Shown here piece by piece: positions 14,381-27,165 of a stretch of 64,000 bases of DNA. The translations under genes and the position numbers were made by a program. Within the stretch, counting starts at the first letter, position 1. Each line of letters starts with the position of its first letter. The stretch comes from Eledone cirrhosa (lineage: Eukaryota). The notes beneath the pieces are model-generated. The model was not told the DNA's origin. It saw only the letters and a program-made list of their open reading frames with translations, and did no database searches. Where the stretch lies: assembly GCA_964016885.1 (NCBI GenBank), contig OZ024759.1:17670001-17734000 (forward strand). The letters are read 5' to 3'.

Positions 14381-14916
14381 CATGCTCTCTGACACCTGTA
14401 GGTATATAGATAGATGGACAATTACATAGTCCACAGGTCAGTTCTTTTTTCAGCAGACCTCTGATGAGAGGGATTCCAGTCCAGCCATGACTATCACCAT
14501 CTATTCATGCATGGGGACTACTACATTATGTTGTGTGTATACTACTGTCACCTTTCTTTTTAAGGGGGTGACATATGAGGTTTAGGCTATTAGGCTGGTG
14601 TTTCTAGCACACCAATCATCCACATATTGGTTTACAAGAGGTAATCTTATATTTGGGTGAGCGTGTATGCATATATGTATACATGAACATGTGTGTATTT
14701 ATCTGTCAATCCCTCTACATATGGGGCTGTGTGAATGTGTGTGTGTGTATATATGTGTGTGTGTGTGTCTGTCTGTATACTTATCGTAGTCAACTTTGTG
14801 TTTTGGATAAAGAAGCCGACATGTGTGTATAAACCTTCATTTGTTCAGAACTTGAAGTTTTACTAGTTTTTGAATCTACAGTATAGCATGTGTGTATATA
14901 TATATATATATATATT

Positions 14917-15148
14917 GGTAAAAGGAAAAGAAAATGCTGACAAATTGTTCCCAGTGAAAAATAGGAAAATGTATGACCCTCGACAGCAGAGCTCAAGCCG
15001 TTTAGATGGCTACTTCTGGACTGTCGAAATAGCTTGAGCTCTGCCGTCGGGGGTCATACTTTTTCCTATTACCCACTCTACTCCCCTAAATATTGAGTAC
15101 ACTGGTGCCTTATGGTCCATCTGGTTCCTTACCATACTTCCTTCATTA
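14917..15148. mobile_element. Unclassified non-autonomous element in (TA)n, containing a 39-bp-arm inverted repeat
   Basis: Arms 14960-14998 and 15032-15070; right part recurs at 44218-44310, also flanked by (TA)n. Confidence 0.6.
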
Positions 15149-15299
15149 TATATATATATATATATATACATATGTTTATATGGGTGTGTTTGAGTGGATG
15201 TATATATGTGTGTGTGTGTGTGTGGATGTATGTGTGTGTGGATGTGAGTGGATGTATATGTGAGTGGATGGATGTATGTATGTGTGTGTGTGTGTGTGG

Positions 15300-15344
<45 letters not shown>

Positions 15345-15355
15345 TATATACATCC

Positions 15356-15386
<31 letters not shown>

Positions 15387-15446
15387 TATATACATCCATA
15401 TATATATATATATATATGGATGTATATATATATATGGATGTATATA

Positions 15447-15482
<36 letters not shown>

Positions 15483-15856
15483 CTTGTAATACAAAGGGTT
15501 AAGAATTTTATGATAAACTTAAATAACACATTTACATTCACAGTTCTGTCTTGTTTCAACGTTTGCATTATTTACCTTCTGCGTGTGTGGTGAGAATGTG
15601 TGTGTATGTATGTTTGTGTTTGGGTGTACACGTGTGTGCATGCGCGTGTGTAGTTATGCATGTACATGTGGGTGTTATATGTGCATCGATGTGCAGTTTT
15701 CACTGTTCTGTATGCTGCTGCTACCTGTCGCTTCTCTCTCTCTCTAGCAGTTTTGTCTTGTAGGAAATTTCTCTTGCAAAACAAAGAATCCCACCAAACG
15801 AATTTTACATTCTAATGGATTCCACTTGTTGCCGCTTGCACGGATCATAGTAGACT

Positions 15857-18295
15857 TGGTGGTGGCAGTAGTGGTGGTGGTGGTGGCCGTAGTAGTGGTG
15901 GTGGTGGTAGTGGTGGTGGTGGTAGTGGTGTTGGTGATGGTGGCGGTAGTGTTGCTGGTGGTGTTGTTGTTGGTGCCGGTGATGTTGGTGTTGTTGGTGT
16001 TGGTGATAGTAGTAGTGGTTGTGGTAGTGGTGGTGGTGGTGGTGTTGGTGTTGTTGGTGATAGTAGTAGTAGTGGTGGTGGTGGTAGTGGAGGTAGTGTT
16101 GGTGGTGTTGTTGGTGCCGGTGATATTGGTGGTGTTGGTGATAGTAGTAGTGGTTGTGGTAGTGGTGGTGGTGTTGTTGGTGATAGTAATAGTGGTGGTG
16201 GTGGTAGTGATGTTGGTGTTTGTTGGTGTTGGTGATAGTAGTAGTGGTTGTGGTAGTGGTGGTGTTGTTGGTGTTGTTGGTGATAGTAGTAGTAGTGGTG
16301 GTGGTGTTGTTGGTGCCGGTGATATTGGTGTTGTTGGTGTTGGTGATAGTAGTAGTGGTTGTGGTGGTGGTGGTAGTGGTGGTGGTGTTGTTGGTGATAG
16401 TAATAGTAGTGGTGGTGGAGGTAGTGTTGCTGGTGGTGTTGGTGATAGTAGTAGTGGTGGTGGTGGTAGTGATGTTGGTGTGTGTTGGTGATAGTAGTAG
16501 TGGTGGTGGTGGTGGTGGTGATGTTGGTGTTTGTTGGTGTTGGTGATAGTAGTAGTAGTAGTGGTGGTGGTGGTAGTGGAGGTAGTGTTGATGGTGGTGG
16601 TGGTGTTGGTGATAGTAGTAGTGGTTGTGGTGGTGGTGGTCTTGTTGGTGATAGTAGTAGTGGTGGCAGTGGAGGTAGTGTTGCTGTTGGTGCCGGTGAT
16701 GTTGGTGTTGTTGATAGTAGTAGTGGTGGTGGTAGTGGTGGTGGTAGTAGTGATGTTGGTGTTTGTTGGTGTTGGTGATAGTAGTAGTGGTGGCAGTGGA
16801 GGTAGTGTTGCTGTTGGTGTTGTTGTTGTTGCTGGAGCTGGTGTTGTTGTTGTTGCTGGAGCTGGTGCTGTTGTTGTTGTTGCTGGAGCTGGTGCTGTTG
16901 TTGCTGGAGCTGGTGGTGTTGTTGCTGGAGCTGGTGGTGTTGTTGTTGTTGCTGGAGCTGGTGGTGTTGTTGTTGTTGCTGGAGCTGGTGCTGTTGTTGC
17001 TGGAGCTGGTGGTGTTGTTGCTGGAGCTGGTGGTGTTGTTGTTGTTGCTGGAGCTGGTGGTGTTGTTGTTGTTGCTGGAGCTGGTGCTGTTGTTGTTGTT
17101 GCTGGTGTTGTTGTTGCTGGAGCTGGTGTTGTTGTTGTTATTGCTGGTGTTGTTGTTGTTGGTGTCGCTGGTGCTGGTGTTATTGTTGTTGTTGGTGTCG
17201 GTGTCGGTATTGTTGGTGTTAGTGTTGATTGTGTTTATGGTGCTGTTGATGGTGTTGGTATCGGGTGTCGGTGATGCTGGTATTTCTGATGTTGTTGGTG
17301 ATGATGGTGGTGTTATAATGTGTTGTTGTTGTTGCGGTTTGTGTTACTGGTGTTTTATAGTTTGTGTTTGTGGTGTTGTTGGTAGTAGTACTGTTGGTGA
17401 TGGTAGTGTTGTTGTTGTTGGTAGTAGTGTTGTTGTTGTTGGTGGTGGTGGTAGTGTTGTCGGTGTTGATGGTGGTGTTGGTGGTAGTGTTATTGGTGTC
17501 GGTGTTGGTAGTGTTGTTGGTTGTGGTGGTAGTGTTATTGGTGTCGGTGTTGATGGTGGTGTTGGTGGTATTAGTCTTGCCGGTAGTGTTATTATGGTGG
17601 TGGTGGTGGTGGTATTAGTGCCATTGGTGGTGTTAGTATAGTATTGCTGTTGTGGTGTTTGTGATTTTGGTAGTGTTTGTTGTTGTGGTAGTGGTGGTCT
17701 GGGTGGTTGTGGTGTTGGTGGTATTATTTACCATGGTGTTGTGCTGCTGGTTGTTGTTGTTGTGTTGACGGTAACGGCAGTAGTAGTATCAGTGATGTGG
17801 TGGTGGCAGTACTTGTTGTTTACAGTTGATATTGGTGTTGATGATGATGATGGTGCTGCTGGTGGTGCTGGTAGGTCTTTGTAATGGTTATTAACAGCAG
17901 CAGTCGTACACATAGACAACAGTTTTGTTATTGATGGTGGTGGAGGTGGTGGGGTGGTAACTTTGTGATGGCTACCAGTGGCAGTAGTGTAAATGTTGAT
18001 GGTGGTGATGTTGATGGTTTTGATGATGGCGGTGGTGTTGATTCTGTTGATTCTGTTGATAATGGTGCTGATGGTAGAGACGGTGGTGGTATTGATAGTG
18101 GTGCTGGTGATGGTATTGATGGTGGTTATGGTGATGGTATTGATGGCGGTGGAGGTGGTGGTATTGATGGTGGTTGTAGTGATGTTGATGGTATTGATAG
18201 GGTGCTGATGGTAGAGATGGTGATGGTATTGATGATGGTATTGATAGTGATGCTGATGGTAGAGATGGTGATGGTGGTGGTGGTGGTGGTGGTGA
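15857..18295. repeat. GT-rich trinucleotide mosaic (GGT/GTA/GTT/GAT) including a GCTGGAGCTGGT(GTT)n block
   Basis: Directly visible; poly-V/L/G ORFs in several frames. Confidence 0.9.
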
Positions 18296-18547
18296 GTCAG
18301 TGAATGTAACATGAAGTGGTGTTGATGCTGTTGATGATAATGACAGGACTGTTTAGCCCCAGGTGATTAAGTAATTATGTAATTAAAGATGTTCCATCCA
18401 TGCCCATTCCACTTATTTTACTGTATCAAGAACTACTTTTTTCTTTTCTGTCCTTCCCTTTTTGTAAAGATACCTGGGGTATGATTTGAAGTTGATTTGG
18501 CTACTATTTCTAACAGGTCTAGCCACTACATAGAAGTTTATTTGCTA

Positions 18548-20180
18548 GGTGGTGGTGTTGTTTAGTGAGGTGGTGGTGGTGTTGTTTAGTGTAGTGGTGG
18601 TGGTGTGGTGTTTACTGAGGTGGTGGTGTAGTGTTTAGTGTAGTGGTGGTGGTGTTGTGTTTAGTGAGGTGGTGGTGTAGTGTTTAGTGTAGTGGTGGTG
18701 GTGTTGTGTTTAGTGTAGTGGTGGTGGTGTAGTGTTTAGTGTGGTGGTGTAGTGTTTAGTGTAGTGGTTGTGGTGGTTGTGTAGTGGTGGTGGTGTTGTG
18801 TTTAGTGAGGTGGTGGTGGTGTGGTGTTTAGTGAGGTGGTGGTGTAGTGTTTAGTGTAGTGGTGGTGGTGTTGTGTTTAGTGTAGTGGTGTAGTGTTTAG
18901 TGTGGTGGTGTAGTGTTTAGTGTAGTGGTTGTGGTGGTTGTGTAGTGGTGGTGGTGTTGTGTTTAGTGTGGTGGTGGTGGTGGTGGTGTGGTGGTGGTGT
19001 AGTGGTGGTGGTGTAGTGTTTAGTGTGGTGGTGGTGTAGTGTTTAGTGTAGTGGTGTTGGTGTTTAGTGTGGTGGTGGTGTGGTGTTTAGTGTGTGGTGG
19101 TGCAGTGGTGTTGTGTTTAGTGTAGTGGTGGTGGTGGTGGTGTTGAGTTTAGGATAGTATTGGGGTGGCATTGCATTTTGTGTGGTGATGTGTTTAATGT
19201 GATGGTGGTGGTGATGTGTTCAGTGTTGTGGTGGTGGTGTTGTGTTTAATGTGGCAATGGTGGTGGTTGAAGTGGAAGTAGGGATAGTGTTGTGTTTTAG
19301 TGTAGTGGGGGGATGTGGTAGTGGTGTTTAATTTTAGTGGTGGAAATGATAGTGTTTTTCTTTGGTGGTGGTCATATTATTGTCATGGTATTGTAGTCGT
19401 TGTTGTGAGTGTGTTGTCATGGTATTGTAGTGGTTGTTGTGGGTGTGTTGTCATGGTATTGTAGTCGTTGTTGTGGGTGTGTTGTCATGGTATTGTAGTG
19501 GTTGTTGTGGGTGTTGTGGGTGTGTTGTCATGGCATTATAGTGGTTGTTGTGGGTATGTTGTCATGGTATTGTAGTGGTTGCTGTGGGTGTGTTGTCATG
19601 GTTTTGTGGTGGTTCTTGTGGTTGTTGTAGGTGTGTAGTCATGGTATTGTGGTGGTTGTGTGGGTGTTGTCATGGTATTGTGGTGATTGTGTGGGTGTTG
19701 TCATGGTATTGTGGTGGTTGTGTGGGTGTTGTGGGTGTGTTGTCATGGTATTGTGGTGGTTGTGTGGGTGTTGTGGGTGTGTTGTCATGGTATTGTGGCG
19801 GTTGTGTGGGTGTTGTGGGTGTGTTGTCATGGTATTGTGGTGGTTATGAGGGTGTTGTGGGTGTGTTGTCATGGTATTGTGGTGGTTGTGAGTGTGTTGT
19901 CATGGTATTGTGGTGGTTGTGAGGGTGTTGTCATGGTATTGTGGTGGTTGTGAGTGTGTTGTCATGGTATTGTGGTGGTTGTGAGGGTGTTGTGGGTGTG
20001 TTGTCATGGTATTGTGGTGGTTGTGTGGGTGTTGTCATGGTATTGTGGTGGTTGTGTGGGTGTTGTCATGGTATTGTAGTGGTTGTGTGGGTGTTGTAGG
20101 TGTGTTGTCATGGTATTGTGGTGGTTGTGGGTGTGTTGTCATGGTATTGTGGTGGTTGTGTTGATGTTGTCATGGTATTG
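18548..20180. repeat. Two GT-rich minisatellites: GTGTTTAGTGTAGTGGTGGT type (18548-19140) and GTGTTGTCATGGTATTGTGGTGGTTGT type (19380-20180)
   Basis: Directly visible. Confidence 0.9.
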
Positions 20181-20484
20181 TCGTGGCTGTGTTGTTGTCG
20201 TGGTAACAGCTGTAGCCATGGTAATGAGAGTGATAACCAAATTAAGTAGAATATGTTGTTTGTGGATGTGTAAAATTTACAAACCTGTGTCAATGATCAC
20301 AGCATCTAAAGACATTGACCACACAGACACCACGTCCACCACCATACCTTTACAGACACGACCACCACTCCATACCTCTGCACAGACAACACCATCGCCA
20401 CCACTCCATACCTATACACAAACACCACAAACATACCTGTACACATATCACTTCATCCATTGACACAAATATCACCACACACAG

Positions 20485-22350
20485 ACAAACACCACCACCA
20501 CCACCTCCACCACCCTCATAGCTATACATGCATACACCACTGCACCCATACACACATTCACCCCCACCCCATACCCATACAAGCAAACACCACCACCACC
20601 ACTATCATACAAATTCACATATAAACATCACACACACATATGACCACAATCACATATGCCACTATCACCAACACTACTACCGCCACCACACCACTACCAC
20701 CAACACCACCAGCACCATCACCACCACCAACACCACCAGCACCATCACCACCACCAACACCACCAACACCATCACCATCACCAACACCACCACCACACCA
20801 CTACCACCATTACCACCACCGCCACCAACACCACTGCCACCAACACCACTGCCACCAACACCACCACCACTGCCACCAACACCACCACCACTACCTCCAC
20901 ACCACTGCCACCAACACCACACCACCACCCCCTCCACACCACTACCACCATTACCACCACTGTCACCAACTCCACCACCACTACCTCCACACCACTGCCA
21001 CCAACACCACTACCACCACCACACCACTACCAACACCACACCATCACCACCTCCACACCACTACTACTACTACCACCGCCACTGCCACTTACCTTTTATT
21101 TTTTTCCTTTTTAGATGAAAAGTTATAACATAACAAAGCTTTGATCTGATTGGCTGCCCCTCCCCTCATGGACATGAGTGGTGGTGAGAGAGAAGAGAGA
21201 GGGGAAGGAGAGAGGGTGGGAGGGATGAGGGAGGGGAGAAAGAGGGTGTGGGAAAAGGGACAAAGAGAGGGGGGAGATAAAGAAGAGGGGACAGAGAGTG
21301 AGAGGGGCATGATGGAGAGGGACAGAGAAGGAGGGGTCGAGAGGGAGTGAAGTGAGGAGTAAGAGGGAAGGTGGGAGGGTGATGGAAAGAGAAGAGAGAT
21401 AGTAGGAAGGAGATAAGGACAAGAGAGTGAGGGATAGAGAAAGTAGGAGGGAAGCAAGTGAGGGAGGGAAGGAGAGTTGATCACACAGGTTATATCCCCC
21501 ACCCTATTATCATTAAAACCACCACCAATCCCCCCCCCCTCACACACACACTAATGCCACTGCCACCGCTAGCATCAAGACAACCACCACCATCAACACC
21601 ACCACCACCAACAACACCACCACCACCACCAACAACACCACCACCACCACCAACAACACCACCACCACCACCATCATCAACACCACCACCACCACCATCA
21701 TCAACACCACCACCATCATCAACACCACCACCACCACCATCATCAACACCACCACCACTACCATCAAGACAACCACCACTACCATCAAGACAACCACCAC
21801 CATCATCAACACCACCACCACCACCATCATCAACACCACCACCACCACCACCATCAACACCACCACCACCACCATCATCAACACCACCACCACCATCATC
21901 AACACCACCACTACCATCAAGACAACCACCACCACTACCATCAATACAACCACCACCACCAACACCACCACCACCACCAAGACAACCACCAGCATCATCA
22001 TCATCATCAGCATCATCAACACTATCATAACTACCACCACCACCACAACCACCACCACCACCACCACCACCACCAATGTATTGCTGTAGCCATTATTGTT
22101 GCTGTCAATGTTGTTGTTGTTGTTATCAGTGTTATTCTTGTTGATGTTGCTGTAGTTGTTGTCAATGTTCCTCTAGGTATTGATATTGTCCTTTGTGTTG
22201 TTGTTGTTGTTGTTGTTGTTGACATTGCTTTTGTTATTGTAGTTGTGGTTGTTGCTGTTGATTTTTTTTGTTATTGTTGTCAATGTTGGTGTTGCTCTTG
22301 TTGATACTGTTTTTGTTGTTGATGTCCTTGTTGATATTGTCATTGTCATT
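20485..22350. repeat. (ACC)n/(ATC)n mosaics, a GA-rich tract and (GTT)n
   Basis: Directly visible; Pro/Thr/His ORFs are repeat translations. Confidence 0.9.
21130..21178. promoter_or_regulatory. Candidate cis-regulatory motif cluster (SOX/TCF-like, CCAAT, SP/KLF-like)
   Basis: AACAAAG, CTTTGAT, CTGATTGGCTG and GCCCCTCCCC abut within ~35 bp; motif match only. Confidence 0.2.
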
Positions 22351-22365
22351 GTAGCTTGTCAATAT

Positions 22366-22652
22366 ATCATCATCATCGTATGTCTGCTTTTCCTTGCTTG
22401 TCAGGGTGGGACAGGTCCTCTTCAGCACAGCATCTCGCCATTTGTCACTTTCTTTTGTCACCTCCTCCGTGAGCTTCAGCGATCTGAGGTCAGCTCTCAC
22501 CACCACCGCCCATGGTTTTCGTGGTCTTCCTCTACTGTGTCATTCTTCCACTGGGATTTCTTGGCATTTCTTTACCCAGCAGTCATCCTTCATGCGCATC
22601 ACATATCTGTACCAATGCAGTCTTCCCTCCCGCACACTACAGTTTATCCCTC
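22366..22652 (-). mobile_element. RTE LINE 3' fragment
   Basis: Reverse complement is homologous to 965-1250; translates VVRADLRSLKLTEEVTKESDKWRDAVLKRTCPTL. Confidence 0.88.
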
Positions 22653-22989
22653 TTATATGTATATATATAAATATATCAAAAGTATATATTTAGTTAAAAA
22701 CTCACATTAGTCCCTTTAGACGGTTTACGTCCCTTCTGATTTGAATGCATATATGTATATAACTGTGTTTGTCTCTCTTTATTGTATATATATATATATA
22801 TATATATATACTATCATCAAATCCCACCGAGGTTAACTTTTCCTTTCATCCTTACGGGGTCGATAAAATAAAGTACCAGTAATGCACTGGGTTATTGCTG
22901 GCCTTGTGCCAAAAGTAGAAACAATTATCATTTATATGTAGTTCTAGAATAGTTGGGACATACACAGTTGCAAAAGAATGAATATAAAG

Positions 22990-23270
22990 AAAAAAGAAAA
23001 TAGAAGTAAATAAATGTCTCAACATATCGGGCATAAGTCCTTCATCAAGAGAATCCAGAGAGAGAGAAAGAGAGAAGGCTGGAAAACAGAAATTTGAAGG
23101 TTGAAAAGAGGAGAAAAAAAAAAATGTGTGTGTGATTAAAAAGAAAATGGAAGTAAATAAATATCACAACATATTGGACATAAATCCTTCATCGAGAAAG
23201 TTCAGAGAGAGAAGGTTGGTAAACAGAAATTTGAAGGTTGAAAAGAGAAAAAAAAATGTGTGTGATTAAT
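22990..23270 (-). other. Two ~145-bp direct repeats, each with a decayed minimal hammerhead-like motif (Penelope pLTR-like relic)
   Basis: Minus strand TCTC-TTGATGA-A-GGAC-TTAT-GCCC-GATA-T-GTT-GAGA; second copy TCGATGAAGGATTTATGTCCAATATGTT. Confidence 0.5.
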
Positions 23271-23554
23271 CAAATTTCAACTCAGTTGGATTATTTTCAC
23301 ATTTTCTTTTATTATTTTAACGAGTACTTTGATGTCTTTTGGGACATTTTTCAGGTGAATTTTGACACTGTCACATTATCTTGTTTCAATTGTTAAAGGT
23401 ACTTGCGAAAATGTGAAATAAAATGGGAAAATCCAGCTTGTTGAAGTTTTCTAACCAATATATTAGGTGTACAATTCTAGAACCTATGAATGTACAGTTT
23501 CCGTATTTTCAAATTTTACTCACAAGGTATATGTTGGTCAACCCAAGGTTAGTG

Positions 23555-23776
23555 TATGAGGGGGTGCTGAAAATTTCCTGGCTGCAAGAGTGTCACAAAA
23601 GGGCACAGTTGTTACTCCTTGCAGTGATCCTACCTTCCCTGTAAAGGTATGTGCATCTGAGAGGGAAATATGTTGAATAAAATCATAATTAACTGATCCT
23701 CCTCTTTTTTTTTTTTAACTGATTCTCCTGTGTTTTCTTTTACCCCAAACCAGGAACTTTTCAGCACTCCCCCGTA
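23555..23776 (+). mobile_element. Mariner-like internally deleted element/MITE with TA ends
   Basis: TIRs TATGAGGGGGTGCTGAAAATTTCCTGG and CCAGGAACTTTTCAGCACTCCCCCGTA; retains transposase C-terminal codons RYVHLRGKYVE*. Confidence 0.8.
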
Positions 23777-24424
23777 TTTCAAAGCTTATAAGATGCACCT
23801 CAATTTGGGCAGGCATTTAAAATTAAATAAATAAATAGCATCTAAACCGGCCGTATCCTGCCAGAATTCTCACCTTTCTGTTCAAACTGGCTGTAACTGG
23901 CCACTCATATTGTCAAAATAAATAACATCAAAATCTCATAGATTCGATATTATGTGACATAAAGCCTTTACCATGGAAATATAATAGTAAATATAGAGTA
24001 AAGTAAATGTTAAATGGTTAAACTACGAATGTCAGGTGAAGGGCATAAAGTTTGTACATCGTATTTTTTTAATTATCATTCTACATCGTTAGGGTGGGTG
24101 GGTTGTCAGTATCGGTTGAGGGTCGGATGTCATGCTTTGCAGCATAGAGTTGCAGCCCTTTATGGTCTAGGTTCAAATCCTGCCGAGGTTAACTTTGCCT
24201 TTCATCCTCATGCGATCGATAAAATAAAGCACCAGTAATGCACTGGGGTCGATTTAATCGACTTTCCCTTCCCTCTAAATTACAGGCCTTCTGCCTTTAC
24301 TAGAAATCATTATCATTCTACATGGTAATCCTAGTTGTAATGTGATAGTCATGATAATGCTGCCACAGTTCTGGGACAAATGTTTGATGTCACTACACAT
24401 GCATGGTTAAGCATCATCACTTAA

Positions 24425-24640
24425 TTTTCTTCCTGACTCGTGTTATTTTATATCTTCTTATTGAATCGCTACACCACACCCACCCAGAGCCTTGCCTGGG
24501 GTTCTTAAGGTTTCAAGGTTGTTAAGTGTGTATGAATCTTCAAGATTGGGGCAAGGTAGAAAGTGCTCCATAGTTTGTAATTGTCCACAGTGGCTGTTGG
24601 AATAATCATCAGTGACATATCCCCATTTCTGGAGGTTATT
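24425..24640 (-). mobile_element. Decayed non-LTR 3' end (Ingi/Vingi-like C-terminal zinc-knuckle region)
   Basis: Minus frame NLQKWGYVTDDYSNSHCGQLQTMEHFLPCPNL resembles KWG..CxCG..QTMxHxxxCP; clade assignment from memory. Confidence 0.45.
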
Positions 24641-25989
24641 TCATATGAAGTACCAGTAATTACTACTGTTATACATTGTTACCTTTAAAAAGGGTTGCCA
24701 TTATTGGTGTAGAAGCAATCACCACCTTGTTGACATTTGCAGAGATGTTTGCGGTTTAATTTAAGGGCCACTACAACATGGCACGGCACTAGAACTCCAC
24801 TAACCAGAACCCAAACTGACCCTTGCCCTTATGCACAGGGTGAATTACTGAGACATTTTTTAGGGGGGAAATATGTGTCTTATAAGCAGTCATATATGGT
24901 GTATATAGTAAGCAGTGGTGTCATGTAAAACTGAAGATGCCTATAGATTAGTTGAGAGAAATTCAATGTGGAGAAGATGAAGCAATGAAGCCAAATGTAG
25001 CCTGTGACATGGAGGTCTTTGATCATATCAAGTTACAGACTTTTTATCCCTGTGTAGATGGCTTGTTCATATTTGTTGTGTGCACTAAACTTTTAAACTG
25101 TCTTAATATCAATTAGGTAAATTGCACTAGCATTTCTTGTTCCTCAAAATTTATGGCTTTATAATCATCATCATCATCATCATCATCATCACTAAAAGAA
25201 ATTATTATTATCAATATAGGTTTTTTTTTTACTATCAGTTTCATATGATGTTTTTAATGTACTTCAAGATGCACCTCTGTGAACTAGAGGTGTATATGTT
25301 ACATCTAAATTGCTCTGCTGTGAGCTTTGTTGTTTTAGTTTTGGTTGTGTTGTGTTAGTATTTTTCTTGTTTATCGTGAAAGTCTTTTTGTGTGTTTCCT
25401 TTAATAGTATTTAGGAGATGATTGCGTAGAATCTGTATTGTGTTGCGTTACTGACATGAAAGTGGTAGATGGGTTGTGTTAATGAATTAGAACTGTATTG
25501 TACTTTGTGTGTGTTGTGTTACTGACATGAAAGAGGAGTATGTGTTGTGAGATTGAAGTATGTATTGGGTATGTTGTGAGAGTTGAATGTGTTGTGTGTG
25601 TTGTGTTAATAACATAAAAGTGGAAAATGTGTTGTGAGATTAAAATTTGTGTTGTGAGAGTAGAATGTGTGGTGTGGTGTGGTGTGTGTTGTGTTGTGTT
25701 AATGAATTGAAAGGAGTGGGTTTTCCACAATTTAAACAACATCAGCAGCATCAATCTTTACTTACCAAGTAAAACAAATAATTATCTTCATATGGCCAAC
25801 ATTCTGAGCCTGAAGCATTAGACATAATGGTTGGTGTGGGGTTTGAGGTATTACACATGGTATGGGTGGTGAGAGGAAGAGAGAGGAGTGAGTTGAGAGT
25901 GCCTGGGTAGAGGTAGCATTAGGGCAGCAATCTCCAGGGACCAAAGAGCAACAGATAGTGATTTTAAACTTATTAGCTAAGTGCCTTTA

Positions 25990-27165
25990 TTCTGTATAAT
26001 ACCCAATGGGTATTGCAACCAAACCAGTTATCTCTGCAGATGAAACGGTATCTTTGTAAGGCAGGATAGCTGAAGATATGGAGTTTTGCTTATTTCTTGT
26101 ATTTGCTTAATTTATTTCTGCATATTGTACAAGGGTATTGCAATCTAGCAAGGCATACTGTGGATGAAACTGCTGTCTTTGTAAGACAGTATAGGAAGAT
26201 GTGGGGTCTAATCATTTTTCTGGTTTGTTTGCTTTTTAGTCTGCATATTCCCCAAGGGTATTGCAATCTAGCCAGTCATAGTGTGGATGAAACTGTGTCT
26301 TTGTAAGATAGGATAGCTGAAGATGTGGGGGGTTGGTTATTTCTTGTATTTGCTTAATTTTTATTCTGCATATTCCCCAAGGGTATTGCAATCTAGCCAG
26401 TCATAGTGTGGATGAAACTGTGTCTTTGTAAGATAGGATAGCTGAAGATGTGGGGGGTTGGTTATTTCTTGTATTTGCTTAATTTTTATTCTGCATATTC
26501 CCCAAGGGTATTGCAATCTAGCCAGTCATAGTGTGGATGAAACTGTGTCTTTGTAAGATAGGATAGCTGAAGATGTGGGGGGTTGGTTATTTCTTGTATT
26601 TGCTTAATTTTTATTCTGCATATTCCCCAAGGGTATTGCAATCTAGCCAGTCATAGTGTGGATGAAACTGTCTTTGTAAGATAGGATAGCTGAAGATGTG
26701 GGGGGTTGGTTATTTCTTGTATTTGCTTAATTTTTATTCTGCATATTCCCCAAGGGTATTGCAATCTAGCCAGTCATAATATGGATGAAACTGTGTCATT
26801 GTAAGATAGGATAAGTAGCTGTGGGGGTTTGGTTATTTCTTGTATTTGCTTAATTTTTATTCTGCATATTCCATCTCACCCTTGCAAGCAGGGAAAAGTG
26901 GACGTAATGATAATAATGATGATGATTCCCCACGGGTATTGTAATCTAAGCAGTCATACTATGGACGAAACTGTCTCTTTGTAAGACTGGATAGTTGAAG
27001 ATGTGGGATCTGATCATTTGTTTTGTTTGAATTCTTTTTATTCTACATATTGCCCTATGGGTATTGCAATCAAGCAATAACTGCGGATGAAACTGTACTG
27101 TATCTTTGTAAGACTGGATAGCTGAACATGAGGGGCTTGGTTATTTCTTTTGTCTGCTTGCATAG
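25990..27165. repeat. 125-bp tandem array (~9 units; central ones near-identical) derived from an R4/Dong-like zinc-knuckle coding segment
   Basis: CTGCATATTCC recurs at 26241, 26366, 26491, 26616, 26739 and 26862; terminal unit on minus reads CKLCKQTKEITKPLMFSYPVL. Confidence 0.85.

Noticed and set aside
16800-17150. Mucin-like TTTTPAPA (minus) or VAGAG silk/elastin-like (plus) coding repeat
   Set aside because: Embedded in a trinucleotide mosaic with phase-breaking GTGTTTGTT units; no start, signal peptide or splice evidence; cannot be fully excluded without RNA data
26241-26860. CTGAAGA and GAAAC in each 125-bp unit as a hammerhead ribozyme
   Set aside because: Stems I and II cannot be formed; the unit is better explained as retrotransposon coding sequence
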